64,000 nt of DNA, taken from contig NMRA01000427.1 in NCBI GenBank assembly GCA_002633005.1, forward strand, positions 186,001 through 250,000, written 5' to 3'. Positions 49,610 through 61,729 of the stretch are shown one piece after another (within the stretch, counting starts at the first letter, position 1; each line of letters begins with the position of its first letter). The position numbers and the translations under genes are program-made. The DNA comes from Phoronis australis. Lineage: Eukaryota; Animalia; Phoronida. The notes below the pieces were generated by a model. The model did no database searches. It was not told where the DNA came from and worked only from the letters and a program-made list of their open reading frames with translations.

Positions 49610-51605
49610 AAAATCTATTCCACCAGTTTACATAGAAACAAGCAAACTCACTTTACGACAAAGTATCATAGTTGGCAAATTTCATTCCGTCAAGTAATAA
49701 GCACAAGGACTGGTTTTGACAATCCTAAAAATTATTACTTTAGATCATTTAAATGAGCACTTATGTTGGTACTCACATTAATCAGCTGTCTGCCTGCCCA
49801 ATGACATCGTTGAACTTTCTGGTTCACTGTCTGCCCATCAACAATCTAAACTGTACAGGCAAAAAATAAGGTGTGCCAAACAACACCGCCAAAACTTGTT
49901 TGTAGACATGGGTGTAACTAGGTTATTAAAACCTGAAATTAAGGTGTGCCTGTTCACGGTTGAGATGAACAACAACCATATCGCTCAACACTTCTCACAA
50001 CAACTGAACTGTTAAAAAAACGTGAGTTATGGTTATCTCAAACCTTATTTCTTGACTTCCATTCTAACTTATATTTACAAAGCGAACTAGGTAAAAGTGT
50101 GTATTTACAGAAAGAAAAAAGATCATTGATTATAAAAACATATTTTATATTTACGTGCTATTGACACAATTGCTATCACTCTCACAATCACCATTATTAT
50201 TATTATTGTCATCATTACGTTAAAATAACTTTTAAATTAGATTTTCATTCTTAAAAAGCTATATACGTAGCAAATTAACCCATTGATCCATTTCGATGAA
50301 ATCAATTTTGAACGAAAATCTCCCAATTTCCCCGAAAAAGTCGGTTGTGAATTTATTATTGCTTATTTCGTTTGGTTTCTATGCCAAATTAACGCGCAAT
50401 TTTGCAGTCGCGTTCGCCTATAGTACGGTACCCAAAAGCTAGGCGCTTAACAATAAAATTCCACAGTGTTTTTTGAGATTGACAAATAACTCGTGATTCT
50501 AAATTAAAATTAAAAATGTACTTGCATGCTCCTCACCATGCTACTGAATAGCAATATCATGGCAAGATAATTAACAAATTAGTTAGAAATTCTCCATAGA
50601 ATCGCAATCACCGTGTATTTGAGCGCTGCAAACCGTTGATAAATATAAGAAAGATACGATTCCCGGGACTGATTCACGTCGGCCAAATGTTACACAATCG
50701 TTAAACGGCATTTGCGGGGCATTTCCTGCGACAACATTTCGATCCTTTATCTCCACTTAGTCATGATACCATTTAGCACATACTTCGTGTACACATATTC
50801 TCCAGAAAATTTCAATTTGTCCTTAACTTACATATTTTGGAGTGAGAAGCCCTGGACTTCACGCAAGAACATTACGATTCCTTGAGTATGTTGGAGGCCT
50901 CCTCATCATTTTGGACACTACCAGTCACAGCCCAGTGAAATCTAGTGTTTGAAGTACCACTTCAGTGTGCGCCAGGTGAAAATTGTCCCATTCACAAGTC
51001 GCTTACTCTTGCATTACTTGTTCGACATTATCCATTGATACAGAGAGGGTCTCAATTTTGGATTCATCAAGAACAAAGTGGGAAATTTCCCTCAAGCAGT
51101 ATTTCTATCCTCCCTTCAAGGAGGGCTCAACCCGAGAGAGGGGTCAGTGATACGTAAAACATAAAAGAATGTCGATTGATCCCATCGTTTGTACCTCTCT
51201 TATAGACATGACTTCATATGTTTATTTTGTTGTTCTATTTATTTACTATTGGATAACACATGATTGATAAAACCAGGTTAGAGTAGTGATGGTGTAATTT
51301 GTTTACAATAGAATACTGGAGAACATTCTAGAATGTTCCATGAGGCCAGGCAAGTGATGACGTAATTTGTTCACTATTGAATACCAGAGGATATTCTAGA
51401 CGAATCGTCCATCACATAAGTAATAAGAAAATGGAACCATAGCCTGGGATATTCTAGAGCCTTGTTTAGGTTTACAGAAATCTGCTAAGCTCTAGAAAGT
51501 GTTTGTTCACTGGTGAAAAGTTACAGAACGCTGTTAGAGGTCATAAACCTTAGGACACGATTTAATGTAAGTCAGTTGGAGTAGAAGTCGAGTTGAGTTA
51601 GAGTT

Positions 51606-52130
51606 AGTAGTAGTAGTAATACACTTTATTCACGTTAAGACAAAAATACAAATTAACGCTTATGGAGACCCCGAGAAGGACCAGAAGGATCCGCTGACCA
51701 TAGAGCCACCAGAGAAATAATAAAAAATACAATGTTATAGATAACCAGAAATACAAAAATTAGGTGATGATGCAATTTAAAGCTACTAAAGAAAAGGACT
51801 AGGAGATTATCGTAAATAGTTTCATACAAAGGAGTTGGCAATAGTGCACTCAAGTTCATATCTTTCAAAACAAACATTTTTAAAACAATTTATAACAGAG
51901 GATAACCAATGGGTAAAAAATTTCTGAGAAACGCTTTCAGGAAAGCTATTAATGATATGAGGTAAAGCATTGCGAACTGAGTCTTCAGCAAATGATTTAG
52001 TACGAGGAGAGTGTAGAAGATGTCGTTGCCTAGTGTAATGCTCATGACCAGGCTCACGGATTATTAAATGGAACGTGTTAAAAGTGAAGGTAAGTAATTA
52101 TGTACATATTTGTAGAAAGGTTTCATAATA
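51606..52130 (-). mobile_element. 3' end of a CR1/Crack/Daphne-like LINE
   Basis: FYKYVHNYLPSL..HYTRQRHLLHSPRT-like C-terminus, AATAAA and a (TAC)n tail. Confidence 0.55.
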
Positions 52131-52248
52131 CATGGGCGGCGAAGCACTGAAAAAAGTGGGGGGCTATAGCCTCCCAGCCCCCCTGTGATGCACCGCCCAT
52201 ATACCATGGGCGCCGGAACACTGAAAAAAGTGAGGTGCACCGCCCATG
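52131..52248. mobile_element. short MITE CATGGGCGG..CCGCCCATG
   Basis: TIRs; related copy at about 8502-8576 in a paralog A intron. Confidence 0.65.
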
Positions 52249-52249
52249 T

Positions 52250-52975
52250 AATAGCAACAACTTTCAGTACCCTATTGACTAATTCTAGGGGATAGCCATT
52301 CTTTTGCAATCGTTGTAAGTTTTTTTAATATTAGAATCAAATCTAGCCTAAATGTTGTTAATGCGATATACTCTATCTTTATAAACAAAGGATGTGTTTA
52401 CTTACAACGAATTTGCAAGATTGATCAACGGAAACTCAACGAAATGGTGAATGCTTACTGTGATAAATTAAGAGTTGTAGTAACATTCAAGTATCTGAAA
52501 CTGTCGAATTCATTTAACCCCAAGGACAAAATTTCTATGGGTCTACGGTCCAAGGTAGTGTACATATTTATCTGTGCTGGATGTGGCTTCAATTATATAG
52601 GCGAAACAGTTCGCCATTTGAAAGCCAGAACCAGGGAACATCTAAATTCTGACAGAGGTTCACATGTAAGTATTCACCTACAGTCATTGTTATCAGCAAT
52701 GCTCTTTCAATGACTTTGCTATAAAAGACCAAGCAGTAAAAACAAAGGAGCTTAAAATTCGTGACACTCTAAACATCAGTTGCTGCAAGCTTAATCTCAA
52801 TAGGCAACTGGCACACCACAGGTTGTCATTGTTGGTCTAGTTTATTGTCACTTCCTGTAACTGACTGTATCTGTGCTTCATTACTTGTTGCTGGGCCTAG
52901 CTAAGTGGCCACTATATTCTCTCTTCTTCTGATGATGGTATTTAAATAAATGACACCGAAACATGTCAAGCCTTT
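52250..52975 (+). mobile_element. Penelope-like element fragment: inverted RT-end piece, GIY-YIG endonuclease and pLTR
   Basis: KDKISMGLRSKVVYIFICAGCGFNYIGETVRHLKARTREH (GIY-YIG); LQKNGYPLELVNR on the opposite strand at about 52260-52320; LNRQ motif; hammerhead at the 3' end. Confidence 0.85.
52926..52970 (+). ncRNA. minimal type I hammerhead ribozyme in a Penelope pLTR
   Basis: ctt CTGATGA t ggtat-loop-acacc GAAAC AT GTC aag; palindromic ACATGT stem III; one mismatch in stem II. Confidence 0.72.
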
Positions 52976-55900
52976 TTTAAAAAAAGTCTCCTAGCACTTT
53001 TCATAACTTTTTTTAGAATAAAGCTATAGGTTTTTAGTTTTGTTTTCAATGAGATAAAGTTGCTAGCACTTTGGGGTTGACTTGAGTCATTTACAAAGCC
53101 TGCCTCTATACCTAAGAGGGTTTAAAATACCTTGGGAGACCCAAAGATTGTTTTTGTGCATATATTTATTGAATCTTACTTTTCTTAATGTACTGAGCTT
53201 ATTCAAACAAGCAATAACATAGTCCTGAATTAAATTATAGTTCATACTGGGATCACCATTCAAATTTCATCATATAACTTTTTCAAACAATCGTCATTAC
53301 TGACTTTTCTGAAAGCAAACTTGGGAGCTCTTGCCTTTTTAAATGTTCTCTTAAAACAAGAGAAAATAGGTAAATGATGAGAGATATTAGAAAAATAGAT
53401 CTCGGAAAATGGATCAATGTTAGAACAGGTATTAAATTTGTAGAAATTGTTGTCAATGAGTGAAGCACAAAACTCAGAGAAACGAGTGGGAAAAATAATC
53501 GCTGGAGAAAAAACATTTCTCCAAACAAGGGCCTCTCATCCACTTTGAAGAGGTTGATATTAAAATAGAGTTGCGTTGTGTTGCAGTCACAAAGTCAACA
53601 GCTACAGCGTTTGTCGACAGAAAGTAAGCTATAGAGACTGCAGTTACTGGACGTGAGTGAAGAATCCATCACAAGTCGAGGCTTCGCACCACTGGCTGGA
53701 GCATAAAACAGACATTACGCCGGATGTTTTGTTAGAGCTCGACTTGTAAATGTATTGTCGAGATGAATAAAGTGATTAACTCGAACCAGTCTTCACCCTG
53801 CCATCCCACTAAAACCCATATTATCACCGGTCAGTGACAACGTGCGCCCACCTATCCACGCGGGATAAAACGTGGCAATGGCACGAAAGGGTGTATTACT
53901 TTCAGAAATCTGCACAACATTGAGACCTGACTCTATCAACGGATGTCCATCCGAGGCCAACTTATTGCTTCCGGTACTTTTTTAAAAAGGTTCCCATGAC
54001 GTCAGTACTTTTTGCGGTTATAAAAGTCCAGGGAAAGGTAGATTTTGATAAACAACCGAATTTGCAAAATCGCTTTATACACTTGATTTTAGATTTACAA
54101 GAAAATTGGTCTCTGTTTTCCACACCATCTAGCTGATAAATAAACAAGATGGAGACCGATTTGCTTGGACTGACGTTGTCTATGTTAATCGGCCTCAGAA
54201 AAGTATAACTGTTCTACAATTCAAAATACAGTATACAGAGAAGCTGCGATTTGAATATGATAAACAGCTATTTGAAAATAGCTCATTTGTTTTGTCGCAA
54301 TTCTTCATCTAGGAATATTCAGTAAAGATATCGAATTCTCTTTGCTAATTCCTGACCTTAGACAGGTGTAACAGGGTGACGAAATCAACTTTTTGTTGCA
54401 ATTTGTATTCACCAATTTGATGAATGCATTAATAATGAAACCAGTACTATCGGACCGTGACGTGTGACTGGCAAGTTAAAGGGCATACGACTGGCATTCA
54501 CTATCATAGACGCCACAGATGAAAAAGTGAGGAAAAATGTCACACGTGTACCTGTATTATTTGTTATGCAGAACATATCCTACAGTATATGAATTTAACA
54601 AAATAAAACGACGCTTGTTTGACTCGTTGTACTCACCTTTGGGAATTGGGCTCATTCGCCGTTCATAGGAAGAGTCAAATGAGAAATGCATGAATGTTTG
54701 TCTTAATGTTTCGAGTCTTTGGTCACATCTCAGGCTACTTTGACAAAATTGCCAACAAGCCTTTCAAAATGTATTTCGCCTATGGCTTGCGGAGGTCGTC
54801 GACAATTCGCTAACTTCATGGGACTCATGTCATGAAGATCGTTTTACTTTCCCCACCAGCTACACTCAATAGGCAATTTTATCATTTACAACGGGAACAC
54901 ACAAAACTTTCATACTACAAATAGAAAGTCTGTTTTAAAAACATGGAATAAATTTGTGCGTTTTCTCGTTGGATTGCCGGTTTGTCTCTATACAAATTTC
55001 TTTAAACCATGGCCTGTGAAATAGAAAGTTAACAACTTTTAGATTTGTGAGAAAGGATCTTGTAAGAGCAAATCTTTTCCAGGGCATCTCGGATGTTTTT
55101 GTATCTTAAAATAAATTCTCGAATGTGAAAGTTGCCTGTGTATGTGCGTACAGTACTTCACAATCATTACATGGTAACGTAAGCTGGATGCGTAAGAATT
55201 ACTTTTTCTTGTGTCTGAAAACCTTTTCTGTTCAGTTAAGTGTTTCGTCGTTACGGCACGACGAAATTTCCGTAGCAGGCTGTTTTGCTACAAGTTAATT
55301 AGTTTTAAGTTCTGAATCAAAACACTTTTGTGTACATTTTCTCGTTTCCTGCCTACTGGTCTCCTTAAATATGCTGCATTCACCAAACAAGCTCTCAATA
55401 CTTGCAATGGTCAAATTAACGTCAGTATCTACATGTATCTCAGTTATTTCTCTTGTTCGAGTCGCAACGTTATTGCTTCCACCAAAACTATTAAAGTCGT
55501 CCCTTGTTCATGATTCCAAAGGTATCTTATGCATTAATCGTAATTTTGTGAATCCCGTTCCTTCTCACAGTTAGCCACGACGCTAAATCGTCGTGAGAGA
55601 CCGTCTGGAGTTGGTATATGGTGCAACTCCGGCCGGTCTGGGCTCAACAGAAAATCACAGTTCTTCTGTGAGCCTACACCAATGTGATAAACGAGACAAG
55701 TTCTACTAGCTGCATTAGTTGCAGGTATCATTATCTCTTTTATGACACAAAATGTGTATCTGGGCAAAGCCTTTTCAAGCTAGTGTACATGTATGTAAAT
55801 CAGTGCAGCGTGAGACCCATGAGGTCCCTGTCAAGTCCTCACGACAATTCTACGTTATGAAAATTAAACTCACATCTTATAGGAAAGTGTTTTCCATAAT

Positions 55901-58460
55901 TAACGTTGGTAACTTCAAACAGCAATACATTATTAATCAAATTCTATGTAAACATGAGGTCAATAGTGCATGATACAGTGTAGGTATGTGTGTTCAACTG
56001 ATAAATCAGGGCTTTTTTCTATCATTAAGTTTAACAACGTTATTTATGATACACATACTGATCAAAGGTCTGTTAAAATTATTTACAACGCTGTCCACAC
56101 TGTGGCGTTTTTCACTAACAACACAAGATATAATGCACCAGGTGAAATTTCAAGCTAATCATTAAGTATTCAAGTACCAGCGTTCACATGTCCCATTACA
56201 AATATTTTGATACGGCAATAGACGTTTTGCACAAAACAATACATTCTGAAAAATTGCAATCGTTCATGCATAATCTTAGGTAACCATACAGTAGATCACT
56301 GGGATGGACAATACATACATGTTCAACAAACTACTAAATTTTCTGAGTAACCTAATTTTCTTACACAAATTCCTAATCAAACCGTCTCGTCAAAGTTGAT
56401 TATGAACATTTTTTGTTTTTCTTGCTGCCATGTACATGTATACATGTAATTGCACGTGTGCTCAACATCAGACAATTTTGGAAACGCAATATCCATGTCA
56501 ACAGTGATGATGGGTTTAGACTCGTCAATTAGTCTCCACAATATTCAAAATTTGAAAACGCGATAGGTTCACTTTCTGTGTGAAGTAAAGATATACTCAA
56601 TGACAATTCTAAAGTAATTTCGAACAGTTAAAGCAAGAAAATTGCCATTTGAAATGCTATTTGTACAACTCCATTAAAAATGTAACTGATCGAAATACAA
56701 AACAATCGATTTGAACACAATGAAGCCCTCAAGAATGAAAAGAAAAGTTGAAGTTTCTTCCGTTTCCAGAAATTTTGTCAAATATTCATATTTTCTGGTA
56801 CAAAAAGCACAGTGACGGAAATCACGAACTCACCGGGTAAGCGCTTCTATAGTAGCTAAAAAAGAGGCTCCTACCAATAAACAAAACGGGATGGTGTGGT
56901 AAAGACGGTTTTGTAAATCATGGTTGTATTAATAGCTACAGTCATCTTGTTATGCATACGTTTGTGCAGGACGTACGCTGTCTTCCGGGGCTAGTTCGGC
57001 CATGGGGCATACACGGAAACTGGTCACATCTTGTATAAAAAGCTAGAGACAGCGTTAGTGTCACTTGTCAAAAACCCATTTTGTGTAAGATCACTCAGAG
57101 TTCAAAATAGTGGAATTTTGAAAGTGGTCGGCACATCACATTAGGAAGTTAAGATCAATTTCTAGACTAGCAAAGTTGCCGCTTCTAAATTTCTCTCTAC
57201 GTTTTACCGATCAAAACCATTTGCATGTAGGTAGAGACACGGTGTTTAAAAACGATATTATAGTCATTCGTGTTCTTGGACCTGCCACGGAATATTTCTG
57301 GAAATCCTGGCAGTGGTTTAGTCGTCAATTTAGAACGGTTCAACACGCACTTTTCCATAAAGTAGTAGTTTTCTTCATTTTTGGTCTTTCCTAGACTATA
57401 TGTACAGTTATATTGTTATGTTCAACTATTTGCGGTAAAAATCTAATTATTAAATATGTTAACATATTGCCCCAACTTCACGAGAACAAGCACGCATACG
57501 TAAGCGCATGCGCCATGTCAGTGCAAAACATACCAGTAACTTCTCATTTGTTTTGGCTCCCCATAGTGTTCAAAGTATTAGTCATTACGTAAGCGTTTGA
57601 ATCAATGGGCTGGTTAGTGCACGTAAATACGGAAATCTGTTCAGTACGGGTCCAAAGTTACATGTACCCCCGGGGTCTTGCTAAACTTGTTCCGTCGTGG
57701 GGCGTCAAGTTCGACCTTTTAGGCAGAAAAATATTAATATTCAGGCATTTAAAATGCAGTATACTGCTTTGAAGCATTTTGAATATGATAAATAGGTTTT
57801 TGATGATACTTCGCCGTTTGACGAAATTGATGTATTTGACCCTTTCGTCTGCATAATTGCGCATCTAGGTTAATCGTTTCTGTCCGGCATACTTCTAGTA
57901 ATTTACAGTACAAGACATGACAAGTTCGCATTCTTTTTACCCTACCTAAACAAATTCAGCAGGAAGACGAAGTCAATTTTTGGTGCCATCTGAGTACAGG
58001 AACCGGAAATGCAACAATAATGAAAGTAAAACTAGAATGCCGTGATCTGAGACAGTCATGGATAGCATACATGTAGATGATGCATGAATGTGGCCAACAG
58101 GTGGTGTGCAGACCAGACTTCGGTTTGCACCATCATATAAACCAAGAAGGACGGGTGACAGTTGAGGCAAATTATCGTGCATTTATTATTTGAGGGCAAC
58201 ACGTTCCACATAATACAAAGAAAAGGAAGCAGAGCTGGTTTTAATTTGCACAGTGTCAATCTAACATTTGAGAATTGGTCTAATTCTCCGTTCGTAAAGA
58301 CGGTTAGACGAGATGACGTACCTTTGAGCTAGGAGGTTTGTCTTAATATTTCTGAATTTATTGTCACATGCATGGCTACCCTGATGGCTTCCCAAATAGC
58401 ATGTCACGAACGTCGAGCGGAGGTTGTTGACTTATCGTCAAGATCGATGGGCACTAACTA

Positions 58461-58613
58461 GGCGTGCGTTCAGTAGACGCTAGGACCTACGCTAGGACCT
58501 AGCTAAAAGCTAGTCAATGTCACGTGTTCTGATTTATAATACACGGCAATATCTCACGTAATCTCGCGAAGTCTTGCTTTTTAGCGAGGTCCTAGCGTTG
58601 CTGAACGGGAGGC
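58461..58613. mobile_element. about 150-bp MITE, copy 2
   Basis: Close copy of 45576-45728. Confidence 0.75.
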
Positions 58614-59981
58614 AGGATTTATGCCACAACTGGCACACTAAAATTTTTCTCAATCGACAACCATACCCCGGCAATACACAATTTTACTACTACAATAGCA
58701 ACTAATCTGGCAAAAATTTGCATAGAAAAAATAAACGAAGAGCCTGCTTTTAACACAAAGATTCGATTTTTTTCGTGTTCACTCCTACTTACCTGTTCAC
58801 AAAGCTTTTCACAATCATCGTGTGGGGAGTAGAAAATTTCTAAGGTTTTGTGACTTGCATTCTCATACGGCAGAGCATCTCAGATGTTTCCGTATTTTCA
58901 CTTCTGTAACGAGTGTGAAAACTGCAAGTACGAACTTCATTCATTACATGAAAGCATTCCATAGGTTTCTTGCGAGAAAATTGAGATCGCACAAGATCAC
59001 GTAAAATCCCGCGAGTAAAAGGCGAGTGCTTCGCAAGCATGCTTCGTACTCAGCCACATAGAGGTCATCGGAAGTCCGAGTGGTCAACAAGATTAGAATT
59101 TTGAATTAGATAGAACTCGTTCCATATAAGCTAATATTGCCCTTGGGATACATGTAGGTCCAGGTTCATCTTCTTCTTACCACCTGTGTCAGAGCCGGCA
59201 CGGGGCTCACCCCATGCTCGTTCAGTGGGCTCCGGGCAGAGCTGCCCAATGGGCTCCTGTACATGTACGTGTTAAGATGGCCGTGACAGTTCGAGGCAAC
59301 GTCCGATAGAAAGGTCACTCGCGTGCAGAAGTGTAGCCTAATTACATGTGGGCCTACATTTTATCGGTCGTCTGCGTTTGTTGTGTTGTGAATCTGTTAA
59401 AGATAACAGGAGGTTTGTTTGATTATAAATGTACTATTAAGAGTGAATACCTTTTCCATGCTTATCTATCCGTGGTCAATTCTGCTTACAACCGTCATAG
59501 CGTGGTTTAAGGCAGTCCCGGATATTACACAGCGACACTCGAATCTCGCCGTAAACATTCGTCGGGCCTCGTTTTCGTCCCACTGGAGTTTCACAGGTTT
59601 TAGTTCTAAGTGTATGATTCTTCCTATTTTCCCTTGTATTACTCTATTCGTCCTTCCAATGCCAACGACGTGAAAAGCTTTGATAAACTGGACAAAAATA
59701 CCCGTGGATGCATGATTTGAAATTCTTCGCCTTCCTGGCGACAACAATGAGATACAAAAAATGTACCTGGGGTCTGTTCCAAGAAACTGAATTAAGTTCA
59801 TTTTTTACTTAAGTTTAATATTTGTCTTAGCTTCCAGACTTTGAAACTTTACATTCGGTAAGTAAGTCAAAATTAAGACAAAACACTTAAGTCAAACTTT
59901 CTTGAATTGGTTTTGAGACAAATTTAATTTTTATTTTAACATTTAAAAAAATTTAAGATTTGTCTTAGCTAAGTCAGTTTT

Positions 59982-60078
59982 CATTACAGCGTTTTCCCGT
60001 TGCTCCCAACTTGTTCGATTCTATAGCCCAACAACAAGTTGGGAAGTTTACCCCTGTAGCCAATATCTTACACGACTG
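59982..60078. repeat. 97-bp dispersed repeat with hairpin, copy 2
   Basis: Two mismatches versus 26881-26977. Confidence 0.9.
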
Positions 60079-60099
60079 CGATGAATTTTCAGTCATCCA

Positions 60100-61622
60100 G
60101 TTGACTAATAATATGCAGAAAAATGAATCAATTACTGGACTTACAGTTTATTGGGATGGCTACGTTACGTCCTCGTCTCAAGGACTTTATTCATGAGGCC
60201 ACTGAGGTGTCACGTAACTCGTCATGTGATCCACAGCACACTTTGCGCGGGATACTCCTTAGTGCCTTATCCCACGTCATTGGCAACAAAAACCTCAGGC
60301 CCCCCTGTCTGTTTAGGCTAGGATTCTCAACTCTTTCATAAATTGCTTCCTTGAACCAATTCTCCTCTCTTTCCAGAATCGTGACATCATCCAGGGAGAA
60401 AGAGTGGTCTGTGGCTGCTATATGACTAAAATCCGCAGAATCATAGCAGTCCCCATAAATGGGCCTACGATGTTGATTGATACGACTTTTCAGGGCTTGT
60501 TTGGTTTCCCCAATGTATGCTTTTCCCCACCCTGGTTCCGAGCATGAAATGTCATACACCACATTTGATTTTTTCTCTTTCGTGGTCTTATCTTTCACAA
60601 TCATCAGCTGACTCCTTATGGTGTTAATTGGTTTGAAAGCAACAGAAATATTGTGGCCCCTCATATGAGATTTAACTTGGTAGGAGATCCCTAGCACAAA
60701 AGGTAATGTTATCCTTGTGTTCCCCTTGTAGTCAGACTGCGTGTTCTGTGGCCTGACTCCGCAATGGTTTGCCTTGTGGAATGACCACTCAGGATAGCCA
60801 TATCACTTTATACTGTTCTGTTGTAATCCAATTCAAGGTCAGTTCCCTCCTCCGTGTTGGGGATGGTTTTCGCTCAATAGTCCAGCGTTCTAATCCCGCC
60901 CAGTTTGTGTATTAAAGAGTGATTGGAGTCAAACGGAAGATAGCAGTCCGTGTAAGTGGGCTTCCTTTAAACATTGGTCTTAATACGCTTGTCTACAATA
61001 GTCAAAAATAGAATCTAGGAACAGCAAAGAATTGTCTCTAGTAAACTTGACATTGGTGTCACATCGATTAATGTGTTAGAACAGCCCTATCTTTTCAGAA
61101 TTTTTGAGCACTACAAACGTGTCATCTACATATCACAGCCAGATTCTAGGTAGAACTCCATCATAGGATGCTAACGTCTTCCTCTCAAAGTTCTCCATGT
61201 ACGTGTATAAGTTCACCACAATCGGGGAAACAGGAGATCCCATGGCACATCCACTGGACTGGATGTAGATGTTCCCGTCAAAAGAGAAGAAAGTGGACTT
61301 AAGTGTTAGCTCCAGTAGCTGGCAAATTTTGTCTACCGATAGGGTGGTTCTGTCACTCAGGGAATTATCCTGCTGTAGGTGTTCTCTCACAACCGTGAAA
61401 GCGTCATCGGGGGTACACACGTAAACAAGGCACTCACATCATAAGAGGTAATGCTTTCATCTTCTTCCACCACTAGATTTTCTATGTACTTAACGAATGA
61501 CTGAGTGTCTCGACACCATGTAAAGAACACTCAGTCATTCGTTAAGTACATAGAAAATCTAGTGGTGGAAGAAGATGAGAGCATTAGCTCCTAAGATGTG
61601 AGTGCCTTGTTTACGTGTGTAC
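60100..61622 (-). mobile_element. Penelope-like retroelement (RT and GIY-YIG), decayed, with a 5' fold-back
   Basis: SYDVSALFTCVP, GCAMGSPVSPIVVNLY, YVDDTF; KSNVVYDISC..AYIGETKQALKSRINQH, PSLNRQGG; frameshifts and stops. Confidence 0.9.
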
Positions 61623-61729
61623 ACCCCCCTCCCCCACCCCCGGAATACTTGACGTCACGATTCCTTTCTTACCATACGCACTGCTACCTATAAGCTCCAT
61701 CGTCTGCCTACAATACCTTTGTTTTTGTT

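Larger units (their letters stand above)
29000..51210. repeat. segmental duplication, copy B (expanded by TE insertions, upstream part inverted)
   Basis: Direct homology to copy A up to about 47792 (A 11117), then reverse-complement homology to A 13625-11810. Confidence 0.85.

Noticed and set aside
54631-54670. Possible first exon of a third minus-strand gene (ATG...AAAG|gtgagt)
   Set aside because: No compatible downstream exons or homology found; such motifs occur by chance.
57030-57075. TATAAAAA on the plus strand
   Set aside because: No convincing downstream exon chain within the window.
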